From IMG/VR virus record IMGVR_UViG_3300001528_000811: a stretch of 64,000 nt of DNA. The stretch is one strand, 5' to 3'. Positions 32,401 through 40,837 of this stretch are shown here, piece by piece. The position numbers and the translations under genes are program-made. The notes beneath the pieces are model-generated. The model worked only from the letters and a program-made list of their open reading frames with translations, was not told the DNA's origin and searched no databases. Source of the stretch: an uncultured virus (IMG/VR IMGVR_UViG_3300001528_000811). Taxonomy: Duplodnaviria; Heunggongvirae; Uroviricota; Caudoviricetes. Position 1 is the first letter of the stretch, and each line of letters begins with the position of its first letter.

Positions 32401-33696
32401 CCTATATTTGAAGATTTAAGACTAGATAAAATATATGCAAAAGGTATAAAGGAACCTTTTAATTTTATATGGGAGATTTCAGATTTATCTTACCAATTAT
32501 ATGAAGGACGTTATGGTTATGATTTAAATTTTGATAATACTGTAAATAAAGATAAAGAAGTACTATTAACAAAAGAAATAATAAAAAAATATTTTGATGC
32601 AGGATATAAACAAATATATGTAAGAACATTATATGATTGTGTACACAATCAAGGTATATGTTCCAAATGTTTCGGTGTAACTTTAAATTATAAAGAAAAT
32701 CCGAATACAATGAAATTTTATAAGATAAATACAGAAATAGGTAAGATAATTGCAACACAAATTAGTCAGAGATTAACACAAGCTAAAATGGATAAAAAGA
32801 ATAAATCTATACATGAAGAAGAAGTTGATACAATACAACAATTTAATATACTTTTAAATTTGAGTGACAAAAGTGTAAAAACACCAACTTCTTTAAGAGC
32901 ACCTGAGAGATATTTTGTGGGTTTTGAAAATAAGATAACAGGAGAAATTAATCTATGTAATTCTAAATATAAAGTTAATGATTTGTTATTAGACAAACAA
33001 ACAAGACCACCTGTAGGTTTTAAAGTTACTAATGGTAATGAGAATTTTAAACGTTTAAGTAAATTAGTAAATATAGATAAATTTAGATATTTATTATTAC
33101 TTGAATATTATAATCTATACAAAGAAAATAATTTAATAATAGACCCACGCTGTTTCGAGTTATTAGTTGCTATACAAACTTCTATGGTAAGAATATTGAA
33201 GAACAATATAGTAGATATAAATGGAAATCATACAGAAAAAAAATTCTATGTAAATAGTTATAGACCATTAAGTCATGCTAAAAAATATATAGATAAAAAT
33301 CAATTAGAAGTTGAAATCGAACCTTTATCACTTTCTAAAGTTTTAGCTTACAGGTCACCTTTAACAGCTTTAGGTTTTTCTCATATTTCTTTTATGTTAA
33401 AAAATATAATAAGTAATAAAGTAACTATTGATTTAAGAGATAATATCGAATTATTGAATGGGGGATTATTTTTAACAAAATTTAATACTCCTACGTATGA
33501 ACAGAAAAGATATAAAAAATACAAAGATGAATTAATGAAGGGTGATAAGTATAATAAAACGAAAGATATAGAAAAGTCAGATAGAGATTTAACGAGTACA
33601 GTGGAAGAGAATTCAGATATTATTAAAAACGTAAAAGAAACCAAGATAGATGTAAATTTAGGAGTAAATGAAGAAGAAACTTCTTTATTTAATTAA
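26479..33696 (+). CDS. rpoBC: Fused beta-beta' two-barrel DNA-directed RNA polymerase, highly divergent
   Basis: beta: CSISAPESDKAG, GYCYEDG, KFAGFHGNK, LNPLGITTRDNMGQ, DGRTG, LDHHAKDK; beta': LLAKRV, REPVLHR, NADFDGD (31198-31218), TGAKG, TKDAGELSR, VRTLYDC...CSKCFG; single uninterrupted frame. Confidence 0.95.
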   Translation: MDKLYNMFLNDLLEPKIIEEFFPVPNRIDRFIILREIYEKSYVCDKIDFTLNDINTNINLRVTIQLGICPNKKDTSSVEFTTVEQLIVTDFLKVPSLTSRGILMSGQLYFTKYCNEIVKGITYHENSVTEEEKNLIQLNLRSDNYRNISFKVSDDKIICKRKNKYTSKEMSFDFYKLLRIFNENEADNFLSENSATSISNYDKSSISYEDLIQEFLSWIGKDYQTLDNIVNNTRKEQYVKNGLYFKFEEETLKNMRHFLSFENRIKGAVIWEDINTKIEEVNTEIIKINFNKGKILKSEDLILLDKCKDITSLIVKINNKIFRVIKKPITNTLDINMLANIFNIMDTLRYIKNIEANESNFLYQRASTYYSVMMKFVDDNVSEYSKKLNKHIYDCVKNCYNSLENYQKKVIDENVVFNCLYENMSNHLFLKERMQKEYKYPIKFFDKYKDNPDMYKLISLADNRNSRIAYANKNIFINPSKEVSIKAKEIQATHMFFLCSISAPESDKAGATKHLTVGTFVDKYGVFRNSFVNLITGETEYLSALDIYTKKVAVEDFDNKVSAKVLYRGEIIETEVSKIEYKPKSWSQISSINIASGICGTFNKSRRQLMENNELNQTLTILGGEPTSLNTGLDSKYLQDYCITVKDILLYNEMDLTVLPENVVLIFKSIKDITKSNIDIKNKQIIEYIFEIKELIENENIDLDMNNIIEVDTNEKEYLEEQFNPIKGKRILKYPIMKNYLQAQQNITLKMVNKNIFHLNDIVFIPEDAEYMEEEQTQVFEDIDTSSKHLRLSIGKNVTIAYMNYEGYCYEDGMVIREGLANSLGLSHVYTKTESYELELNEVFIAKEPLGTKVYPGMILGSIFNNEGVLIKNIIVPRDKEGIFSFYELKNNILTLTITGIYFVEVSCKFAGFHGNKCTVCAIIPDDKMPLDPDTLIPVDICLNPLGITTRDNMGQLIEGNLNLIGEKDAIAYKISVDSLNNAKALDTNKILIDGRTGTPFRTKVNVIRSSFIQLDHHAKDKLRTSLLPTAIDLVSNQIKKGDNNEGGCGISELTTNALLASGANQTLDYLKMIGEGAGNKTVGSFAEYLIKSAKYEMKDILKSSNTNRFQKYLVYLYGSAGLMYNYNNSTASIEVLTNDSIEATFKNINSDKAFNNEVYLTSTSTNNLINVYLGIDSEKYMKDIVRIEVPGVCWLNPAIIYTQIFKDINKNYGISPQDLIDENIYIRLEEMSSENEEVNFDIQILKKGENAIPEDFITGAYALMQMINKLDTDAYKYLINNFVLIPREFRKKNKEKYAEADINKAYSYLLKRLRDVLIYFKETSNINNSLEEGFNNIINTNNKEAIKAYNLFYKEYFNYFTSKTRKSVNEDFLKVRPYLDYLSDKEIGVYRSMLLAKRVASSMGSVIVGDPYIKLDEVGVPFLSLVDLYRYEIYYNLFSSEALFSDKYEPLRDFLKPYIDIIKYVKDLEGHNVGYDIVKTTDLFDIFCNRLKSIVYRNIYYKDDIYNTQFKSYTELEKIRNLLKDFVQKICNTKINILIREPVLHRFNVEGFKPVIVEGYALHINTLICKTYNADFDGDNMQNISILPENVVNEVKDKLTPYQMFFDDSGNYNYPLVQDVLYGLCVGIGCLNIPNEKSIEYENFNILDFKNHKYNLNDLINSDIKTTVGKYYFLEKISDKFNIPRKELFKILEENFKDINKIITLIEQKVNNKVELFNDLKLISFEFMMQEPVTLSLKDMIDISNVWEAIKEKSTEKENNLLYSTILLNHHFFNFKDISREDKLSEIQNDISDIQYKYLENTLKQSEYKERLKDNNFMKIVNTGAKGKLITLHDLIIGGSQPVGIRGNNSPARISTPTLSGLKPYEVFQSGYTSLTSQYSTNESTKDAGELSRSFSTGLSRKIMDDDCGAKPTLHDLYMEIPFSNFTSLKFKEYEGKLFEPNIIVKDVVSKNKITNLSQGMVFGSTLISSNLKPIFEDLRLDKIYAKGIKEPFNFIWEISDLSYQLYEGRYGYDLNFDNTVNKDKEVLLTKEIIKKYFDAGYKQIYVRTLYDCVHNQGICSKCFGVTLNYKENPNTMKFYKINTEIGKIIATQISQRLTQAKMDKKNKSIHEEEVDTIQQFNILLNLSDKSVKTPTSLRAPERYFVGFENKITGEINLCNSKYKVNDLLLDKQTRPPVGFKVTNGNENFKRLSKLVNIDKFRYLLLLEYYNLYKENNLIIDPRCFELLVAIQTSMVRILKNNIVDINGNHTEKKFYVNSYRPLSHAKKYIDKNQLEVEIEPLSLSKVLAYRSPLTALGFSHISFMLKNIISNKVTIDLRDNIELLNGGLFLTKFNTPTYEQKRYKKYKDELMKGDKYNKTKDIEKSDRDLTSTVEENSDIIKNVKETKIDVNLGVNEEETSLFN

Positions 33697-33711
33697 TTTA
33701 ATTTTTAAAGT

Positions 33712-33753
33712 AAAAATACTCTTTTAATGTTTAGTATTAAAAGAGTATTTTTT
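33712..33753 (+). terminator. Intrinsic terminator after RNAP gene
   Basis: 17-bp perfect IR AAAAATACTCTTTTAAT / ATTAAAAGAGTATTTTT, 7-nt loop, ends in T run. Confidence 0.8.
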
Positions 33754-33868
33754 AATTATTAATATTTTTAAACAAGTATTTAATATTATTGATTAAATAT
33801 TTATTTAATATTTTTAGATTAAATATTTATTTAAAAATATTAATGAAATTACAAAAGGAGGATATTTA

Positions 33869-36007
33869 ATGAAAAAGAATTTAATTTTTATGTGCCTAGC
33901 TGTATATGAGCAAACAAAAAATACAAATTTAATTTTGAATTTTAATATTTCAAATGAATTTGATACTGAAGATTTTGTTATTGAGAATTCTTGGTTTAAG
34001 GAATTATATACTAATTCTGAAATAAATTTAGATATTACAAATATTATAGAAACTTATGAGAAATATAAAAAAATGGATAAAAATGATGTATATATGAATT
34101 GTAGCCTTTTACAGGAATATTTAAAAGATAATGCTATAAAATCAAATTTTAAAAGAAATATAGATGAATATATAAAACAAGGAATATTAATATTTTTGAC
34201 TAAATTTTCTGAAAATAATTTAAATGACACAACATATAAAAGCGTTATGGCATATATGAGAAATGCTTGTAATAATTTTGTTAAACCTTCTAATATAAAA
34301 GAAAAGGGAAATGAATTTTTTACCAACGAGTCCGGAGAACTTTATAGAAAAGAATTTACTTTAAATAATATTATAAATATAATTAAAGTAAATTCTCAGA
34401 TACCTAAAATATTATCAGATGAGGATTTTTTTATATATTTTTTGGATACAGCGAAAATGGCTGATGAATATTTATCTTATTCAGGTTCAAAAAAATATTT
34501 AAATAGTTGTTTAAATATTTATCAAACCGTGATATTATCTGAAATACAGAGTTATATTAATTTAATAACTGGAAATAATATAAACATATATAATGAAAAT
34601 TTTATGAATTTAAATGTTTATGAAGTTTCAAAAAATGCTAAATATGGTTGGGACTCTTATAATAATAATCTAAAAATTGAAGAATTAAATGTATATAATA
34701 ATAGGGGTAATATATCTGAGATAAGTAGTAAGTATGATTTAATTTTAAATGCACAAAAAATCCTTTATTTATTGAGAGAACAAATTTATAGATTGCAGAG
34801 GATACCCGAATTATATGAATTCATATCTTATGTTAATGTCTATATAAATGATTTATCAGATAATGATATTTCAAATTTATATAAAGTATTTTTGTTATGT
34901 ATATATTTAGATGGCCAATTGCAAGGTAGTAATTTTACTATTTTTGATATTTGTGGGAGTGCTTTACGTACAGGACAAACACAACATTTTAATAATTTAA
35001 AGGATTTAATATTAGAGTATGATAATCCTTATTATCTTTTAGAAAAAAGATATTATACAAATGAAGAAATACAATTAAATATTCTTAAAGAAAATGTAAA
35101 TAAATTTATAAAGGATATAAACTCAAATAGAAATATAATAAATGAAATTAAAGTATTAGAAGATAAAAAAAGTTCAGATATAAATGTTATAATTAATAAT
35201 ATAATTAATGTTTTAAAAGGAATATTTAAAGAAAAATATTTAAGTATAATAAAAGATAAAGATATAGAAATTATAATTAATATGTACAATTTAAGTTTTT
35301 TAAATGAAGTACCTAATAATTTGAAGAAATATTTATTGGATAGAAAATTATCTTTATTTAATGATGAGGATACATTAAATAACTATAAACAGGAATTTCA
35401 TAAAATAAAAGAGTATTTTAACTATATTAATAACATAGAAACAAGTAATTCTGGATTACTTATTTCAATATGTTTAATAATATCTAAAATTTTAATACAG
35501 ATGTTAATTATACTGCAAGATGAAAAAAATAATAATATTAAAAATTCTTTTCCTTTTTTATCTTCTATAAATTTAAAATTAGGAAATTATGAATTTGGAA
35601 CTATAGAAAATATGGTAAAAAATAATAGAAGTTTACTTGTAATGATATTATATACTTTAAATCTAAATAGAGTGGAAAAAACGGTAGTAGAAATAAATTT
35701 AGGTTTAGGAAAATTATTTGAAACAATAGAATATAATATTTATAGACCAATACAAGAAATGTTAGATAAGTATAAAAAAGAAAATGAATTAGATAATTTT
35801 ATAAATGAAGATTTTATAGTAAATGTAGTAAATAATGATTATATGACAAAAATAGTAAATATATTAGAAAATAAACATGAAGAAAATAGTAATTTAGTAA
35901 TAGATAAAGGAATGTCTTATAAAGACATATTAGTAAAAACAGGTTCTTGTGTGGCATTAACAGATAAGAAATATATTATATATAAAAATAAACTTTATTA
36001 TATTTAA
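33869..36007 (+). CDS. Hypothetical protein (weak sigma region-2-like segment near N-terminus)
   Basis: 712-aa ORF, AGGAGG SD; DEYIKQGILIFLTKF...YKSVMAYMRNACNNFVK. Confidence 0.7.
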   Translation: MKKNLIFMCLAVYEQTKNTNLILNFNISNEFDTEDFVIENSWFKELYTNSEINLDITNIIETYEKYKKMDKNDVYMNCSLLQEYLKDNAIKSNFKRNIDEYIKQGILIFLTKFSENNLNDTTYKSVMAYMRNACNNFVKPSNIKEKGNEFFTNESGELYRKEFTLNNIINIIKVNSQIPKILSDEDFFIYFLDTAKMADEYLSYSGSKKYLNSCLNIYQTVILSEIQSYINLITGNNINIYNENFMNLNVYEVSKNAKYGWDSYNNNLKIEELNVYNNRGNISEISSKYDLILNAQKILYLLREQIYRLQRIPELYEFISYVNVYINDLSDNDISNLYKVFLLCIYLDGQLQGSNFTIFDICGSALRTGQTQHFNNLKDLILEYDNPYYLLEKRYYTNEEIQLNILKENVNKFIKDINSNRNIINEIKVLEDKKSSDINVIINNIINVLKGIFKEKYLSIIKDKDIEIIINMYNLSFLNEVPNNLKKYLLDRKLSLFNDEDTLNNYKQEFHKIKEYFNYINNIETSNSGLLISICLIISKILIQMLIILQDEKNNNIKNSFPFLSSINLKLGNYEFGTIENMVKNNRSLLVMILYTLNLNRVEKTVVEINLGLGKLFETIEYNIYRPIQEMLDKYKKENELDNFINEDFIVNVVNNDYMTKIVNILENKHEENSNLVIDKGMSYKDILVKTGSCVALTDKKYIIYKNKLYYI

Positions 36008-36042
36008 TAAAAACAAGCATAAAGAGGTGTAAGAATATTTAA

Positions 36043-36924
36043 ATGAAATGGAATAGATTACAGTTAAATTTAAATAGAGGTACAATAAAAATAAATGAAG
36101 TGAATATACAAAATTTAAAAAATATGATTGATAAAGAAACAAACAATATTAAAAAAGCTATATTAAGTACAATTTTAAATAATATGAAGAAATATGAAAA
36201 AAGTAATATTCGTAATTCTGAAATTTTTGGTAATGCTCCAGATGATTTATTATTTGGAGCATTTTTGTATAATATATTATCTGTAGAGTCACAAACTTCT
36301 AAAAGTATCACATATGTAGTACATATGTCAAATAGTTTGAAAAGATTGTTATTGAAAGATTCTTTAAAGAAAGATAATATATATCAGTATTTGAAAATAA
36401 ATGGTTCACATTATCCTTATAATGAAATAGATAAAACTGATATAATATCAATATTTAATTATAATTATTTGTTGAAACAATACGGTTTAAATGAAGGAGA
36501 TTTCTCTCAATTATTTTTAACCATATATGATTTTAAAACAATACAAGAAAATAAATTAGATAGTTATAAAATTTCAGGGCAAGATGCTATAAATATTTTT
36601 CCAAGATTAATTCTTTATATTACATCTATTATGCACTACGCTAAGATTTTTGATTTTAATGAATTGGAATTTTTAAGAGATAAATTACGTTTAATAAGTT
36701 TAAATAATACAAATATTAAAGATGATGTTAGTTTGATAATATCTGAATTTTTTAGAAGTATGTCCTATGACCAAACAAAAAGTTTAGCTTTAAGTTTGTA
36801 TGATATATGTAATCCTTACATAAATTCTTTTTCTTATCAAGGCTTAGTATTTACAATAATGGAAAATAATTATGAAATAGAGAAATATTTAAATGAAAAT
36901 AATTATAAATATTTTAAATATTAG
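36043..36924 (+). CDS. Hypothetical protein
   Basis: 293-aa ORF, GAGGTG SD. Confidence 0.7.
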   Translation: MKWNRLQLNLNRGTIKINEVNIQNLKNMIDKETNNIKKAILSTILNNMKKYEKSNIRNSEIFGNAPDDLLFGAFLYNILSVESQTSKSITYVVHMSNSLKRLLLKDSLKKDNIYQYLKINGSHYPYNEIDKTDIISIFNYNYLLKQYGLNEGDFSQLFLTIYDFKTIQENKLDSYKISGQDAINIFPRLILYITSIMHYAKIFDFNELEFLRDKLRLISLNNTNIKDDVSLIISEFFRSMSYDQTKSLALSLYDICNPYINSFSYQGLVFTIMENNYEIEKYLNENNYKYFKY

Positions 36925-36936
36925 AGGTGGTATAAA

Positions 36937-39900
36937 ATGAGATATATTGGAACATTTGTAAGAGGTGATAGTCATTATTATTTTATTTATTCATATAGTA
37001 CAACCAAAACAAGTTGGGTATTATTTAATAATTCTATTAAAACAGGACTATCTACAAAAATTTTAACTTTAGATAAGGTTATAAGAGAACCTCAAAAAAT
37101 AGAAAAAGAATTTATTGAAGGAGCAATTGTATTATCAACAAAAAATCTTTTAGCATATGGTAATACATTTTTAATAAATAATTTAATAGAAATTTTTAAT
37201 AAGAAAGATACTTTACAAAATAAAGATGTTTTATCTTATGAGGAATTTGACAATAAAATTATTAAAATAGCAGAAAAAAAATCCCCCATGATAACAGTAA
37301 AAAAGAAAGAAACATTATTCAAAACAAAAATTTTAAAAAAACTTGAAAATGAGGATATAACTGTAGTAAAAGAAGTTATAGAGGAGTTAAATGTAAAATT
37401 TGGAAATACAGTTTTAATATTAGAATATAATAATATAGAAAAAGGTAGTTTTGTACCAAAGGTAGAATTTAATGATGTAGAAGATGAATTTTCAGATAAT
37501 GGTGTTGAATATTCTAAAGATTTAATATCGTCAACAAAGGCAAAATCTTTATCTTATTTAAGATATACTAGAGATTTATCTTTTTATTATGGTCCTGATG
37601 GTACAACAAAAAAACATTACAGACTTATAAATTCTTCAAAAGAATTACAGCGAATATTGGAAACTGAAGTGAAAGATAAAGTAAAATTGTGGGCAGTCGA
37701 TATAGAGTCAACGGGTTTAATGATGTATAAACCTAATGAAATTAATAAGGGACAACTTGATCGTACAGTTTCAATAATGGTTTCTTGGAAAAAAGATGAA
37801 GCTTTGTTTATACCAATAGATATGGTTTATGTAAAAAATATAGATAAAGATTGGGTTAATATTATGAAACCTTATCTGGAAAGTATACCAGCCGTTGGTG
37901 CAAATATAAGTTTTGATGCAAGAGGTCTTTGGTCAGAATATAATATAGAATTAAATATTGAGCATGATGTTTTGCAATTAGCCTTTGTAATAAATTGTTT
38001 TGCAGTTAAAAATCATAATAATCTCAAAGAGCATGAACATAAATTTTTAAATGTTGATACTTTAACTTTAAAGGATATATTTGGAACTTCAAAACTTGCA
38101 GGATTATTTAGATATTTACCAGAAGAATTAGCTTTAATTTATGCTTGTCCCGATGTTGATATGTGTTTAGAATTATTCTATATTTTAATAGAAAGATTAC
38201 CACCATCTTGTTATAAATCATATAAATTAGATATGGATACTATAAAAAATTTATATAAATTAGATGCAATAGGTAATGCTGTAGATGTCGAATTAGCTGA
38301 AAAATACAGAGATGCAAATAATAAAGATAGAGATATAATAAAAAATTTAATTTATCATATTGTGGGACAACAATTAGCTTTAGTGAATAAAGTTAGTGAA
38401 TTAAAGTCTAAATATGATTTTAATAATGAGGAACAGTTAAAAAAAATAGAAGAAGAATTAGAACAATTTTTAATTAGTCCGAATTATACTAAAGCATCCA
38501 AAGAATTTAATTTAGGTTCTGATGATTTAGGAAAGTATATGTTTGATTTATTAAAATATCCTGTTTATGCTGTACAAGAAAAAACTCATAAACCTGCAGT
38601 AAATACAACAGTTTTGAAAAAATTAATGGAACAAACTTTTAATAGTGAGGAAGAGCAAGAACAAGCCTCCATATTAAGAAGTAAAGGCAGTTCAGGTTAT
38701 TTAAAAGAAGATATAGTATCTGCTATATCAGATGTTATAGGAAGTGAGGAAGTTTTAATAAAAGCAGATACTTTTAATAAAATGAAATATCCATTAGCAT
38801 ATTTAATAACAGAATATCGTTTAAGAGAAAAAAGAGATAATACATTTTTTCATCAGATTTGTGATTTAAATTTAGGCGGGCTTTATTACACTTCAACAAA
38901 ATCAGCTCATGCTGAAACTGCTCGTTTAATAAATGTAATACAAGTTCTTCAGTCATATATGAAGAAACTAATAGTTCCTTATAATAAAGACTATTATCAT
39001 TTAATATTTGATTTTTCTCAAATTGAATATAGAGTAATGACAGGAGTTTCAGGTTTAATAGCTTTAAAGAAAGCCTTAGATAATCCAAGAGCAGATTTCC
39101 ATAAAGAGTGTGGTGCACTTTTAAAATCTAAGAAAGCTCATCAGGTTACACATGATGAAAGAAAACAATTAAAAGGTTTAAATTTTGGTATTCCTTATGG
39201 CTTAGGTTTAAGAAGTTTATGTGTAAGTTTATATGGTTCTGTAACAGAAGAAAATATATTTAAGACACAAGACATTCTTAATAAATGGAAAACTTCTTTT
39301 GCAAAAATATGGGATATGTTAGAGTCTGGAAGAAAAAAAGCTTTAGATAAAGGTTACGCAGAAAGTATAACAAAAAGACGTCGACCCTTTATAAAAGACT
39401 ATCCTTTTAATAATGAAGAAGAAGAAAAAAGTTTAGTTGAAGAATGGTATACTAATTTAACAGCATCTCAGAAAGCTTTAATAAGAAGGGAGAGTGGAAA
39501 CTATTTAATACAGGAAACTGCAGCACATATATTTAAAATAGCTTTTAATAATTTTCGTAAAAGATTAAAAGAAGAAGGATTGGAAGATAAAGTTTTAACA
39601 ACAGCTTTAATTCATGATGAAATGGTTTCTTCTGTTCATAAATCAGTAAACCCTTATTATTTATATAGAATAATATATGAAGAGTGTATGATGATTATTA
39701 AAGGACATCCTAGATATTATGCGGGAATATCTATAGTTGATAATTGGTATGAAGGTAAAGCAGATGAATATGAAGCACCTATAGAATTTGTAGAATATAT
39801 ACTAAAAAGTGATAAAAGTAAAAATAAATACGTTGATAATTCTGATATGATTTCTCCAAAAGAATTAGTATTTAAAGATATAAAAAATTTTATGCAACAG

Positions 39901-40734
39901 CTTTTAAAATCGGAGTATGAAAAACTTGGAATAGATTTTAATAGTGATACATTAGATATAAATACTATTCTTGAAAATACAGAAGATTATTTTATACTTG
40001 ATAAAATTTCTGTTTATTGGCCAATAGAAAAGAAATTTAAAAAAATTCAAAATGATAAAGAAAAAACATACAATAATACAAAATTTATAAGAAGCTTCGA
40101 AAGATTTGCTTTAGAGTTAAATATCAAGAACGAATATAGTATAATATATCCAAAGGATTATCCTTTAGGAATATATGGCAAGATTACTAAAGAAAAAAGA
40201 GTTTTATATAATGAGGATAATATAATAACTTTAATACAAAATACTACAGATATTAAACAAGAAGGAAATTTAATAACTGATTTAAATTTAAATTTAGATA
40301 CAGAAATGAATTTTGATTTGGATTTAAATTTAAATGAAAATGTGTTATTCGAAGATATAAATGCTTCTTTAAGTGAATTAAGTTTATATGACTCTTTCAG
40401 TTATGAAGGTTCTGCAGTTTATTATTTTAATGATATAAATAAAATGGAAATAAATGATATTGAAATAAATAGAGATAAATATATAAATACAAATTTTAAT
40501 AATACTGATAAAACAATACAATTTTTGAAAGATGAAATAATAATAAATAATAATGATATAAAAGTTAATGGTTTAGAAGCTATAAAGGAATATTTAATAA
40601 AATACAAAAGTAACAAACTTGGAAGCTTACCGGTTTATATAAGAAATGGTGATAAAGTTGAAACTTTAGGATTTAATGTTAAAGGTTATAATCCAGATGA
40701 AATATTACAAATAGTAAAAAAATATTCACTTTAA
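36937..40734 (+). CDS. polA: Family A DNA polymerase with 3'-5' exonuclease and long N- and C-terminal extensions (likely replicase)
   Basis: ExoI VDIESTG, ExoII NISFD, ExoIII YACPD; motif A DFSQIEYR, B RKQLKGLNFGIPYG, C IHDE; no recognisable 5'-3' exonuclease. Confidence 0.92.
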   Translation: MRYIGTFVRGDSHYYFIYSYSTTKTSWVLFNNSIKTGLSTKILTLDKVIREPQKIEKEFIEGAIVLSTKNLLAYGNTFLINNLIEIFNKKDTLQNKDVLSYEEFDNKIIKIAEKKSPMITVKKKETLFKTKILKKLENEDITVVKEVIEELNVKFGNTVLILEYNNIEKGSFVPKVEFNDVEDEFSDNGVEYSKDLISSTKAKSLSYLRYTRDLSFYYGPDGTTKKHYRLINSSKELQRILETEVKDKVKLWAVDIESTGLMMYKPNEINKGQLDRTVSIMVSWKKDEALFIPIDMVYVKNIDKDWVNIMKPYLESIPAVGANISFDARGLWSEYNIELNIEHDVLQLAFVINCFAVKNHNNLKEHEHKFLNVDTLTLKDIFGTSKLAGLFRYLPEELALIYACPDVDMCLELFYILIERLPPSCYKSYKLDMDTIKNLYKLDAIGNAVDVELAEKYRDANNKDRDIIKNLIYHIVGQQLALVNKVSELKSKYDFNNEEQLKKIEEELEQFLISPNYTKASKEFNLGSDDLGKYMFDLLKYPVYAVQEKTHKPAVNTTVLKKLMEQTFNSEEEQEQASILRSKGSSGYLKEDIVSAISDVIGSEEVLIKADTFNKMKYPLAYLITEYRLREKRDNTFFHQICDLNLGGLYYTSTKSAHAETARLINVIQVLQSYMKKLIVPYNKDYYHLIFDFSQIEYRVMTGVSGLIALKKALDNPRADFHKECGALLKSKKAHQVTHDERKQLKGLNFGIPYGLGLRSLCVSLYGSVTEENIFKTQDILNKWKTSFAKIWDMLESGRKKALDKGYAESITKRRRPFIKDYPFNNEEEEKSLVEEWYTNLTASQKALIRRESGNYLIQETAAHIFKIAFNNFRKRLKEEGLEDKVLTTALIHDEMVSSVHKSVNPYYLYRIIYEECMMIIKGHPRYYAGISIVDNWYEGKADEYEAPIEFVEYILKSDKSKNKYVDNSDMISPKELVFKDIKNFMQQLLKSEYEKLGIDFNSDTLDINTILENTEDYFILDKISVYWPIEKKFKKIQNDKEKTYNNTKFIRSFERFALELNIKNEYSIIYPKDYPLGIYGKITKEKRVLYNEDNIITLIQNTTDIKQEGNLITDLNLNLDTEMNFDLDLNLNENVLFEDINASLSELSLYDSFSYEGSAVYYFNDINKMEINDIEINRDKYINTNFNNTDKTIQFLKDEIIINNNDIKVNGLEAIKEYLIKYKSNKLGSLPVYIRNGDKVETLGFNVKGYNPDEILQIVKKYSL

Positions 40735-40837
40735 TGAGAAAATTATTTTTTATGCTTCTAATAATATTTAATATTTAAAAACTATAAAAAATTTGTTAAA
40801 ATTAGTATACATTTTTGAAGAAAGGAGATAAATTATA

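Noticed and set aside
26479..33696. Host chromosomal rpoB-rpoC locus
   Set aside because: No rplL/rpsL neighbours, extreme divergence at normally invariant positions and phage-like gene context.
26479..40734. Inteins or introns in RNAP or PolA
   Set aside because: No C/S...HN-C/S/T splice junction pair or LAGLIDADG motif noticed; frames are continuous.
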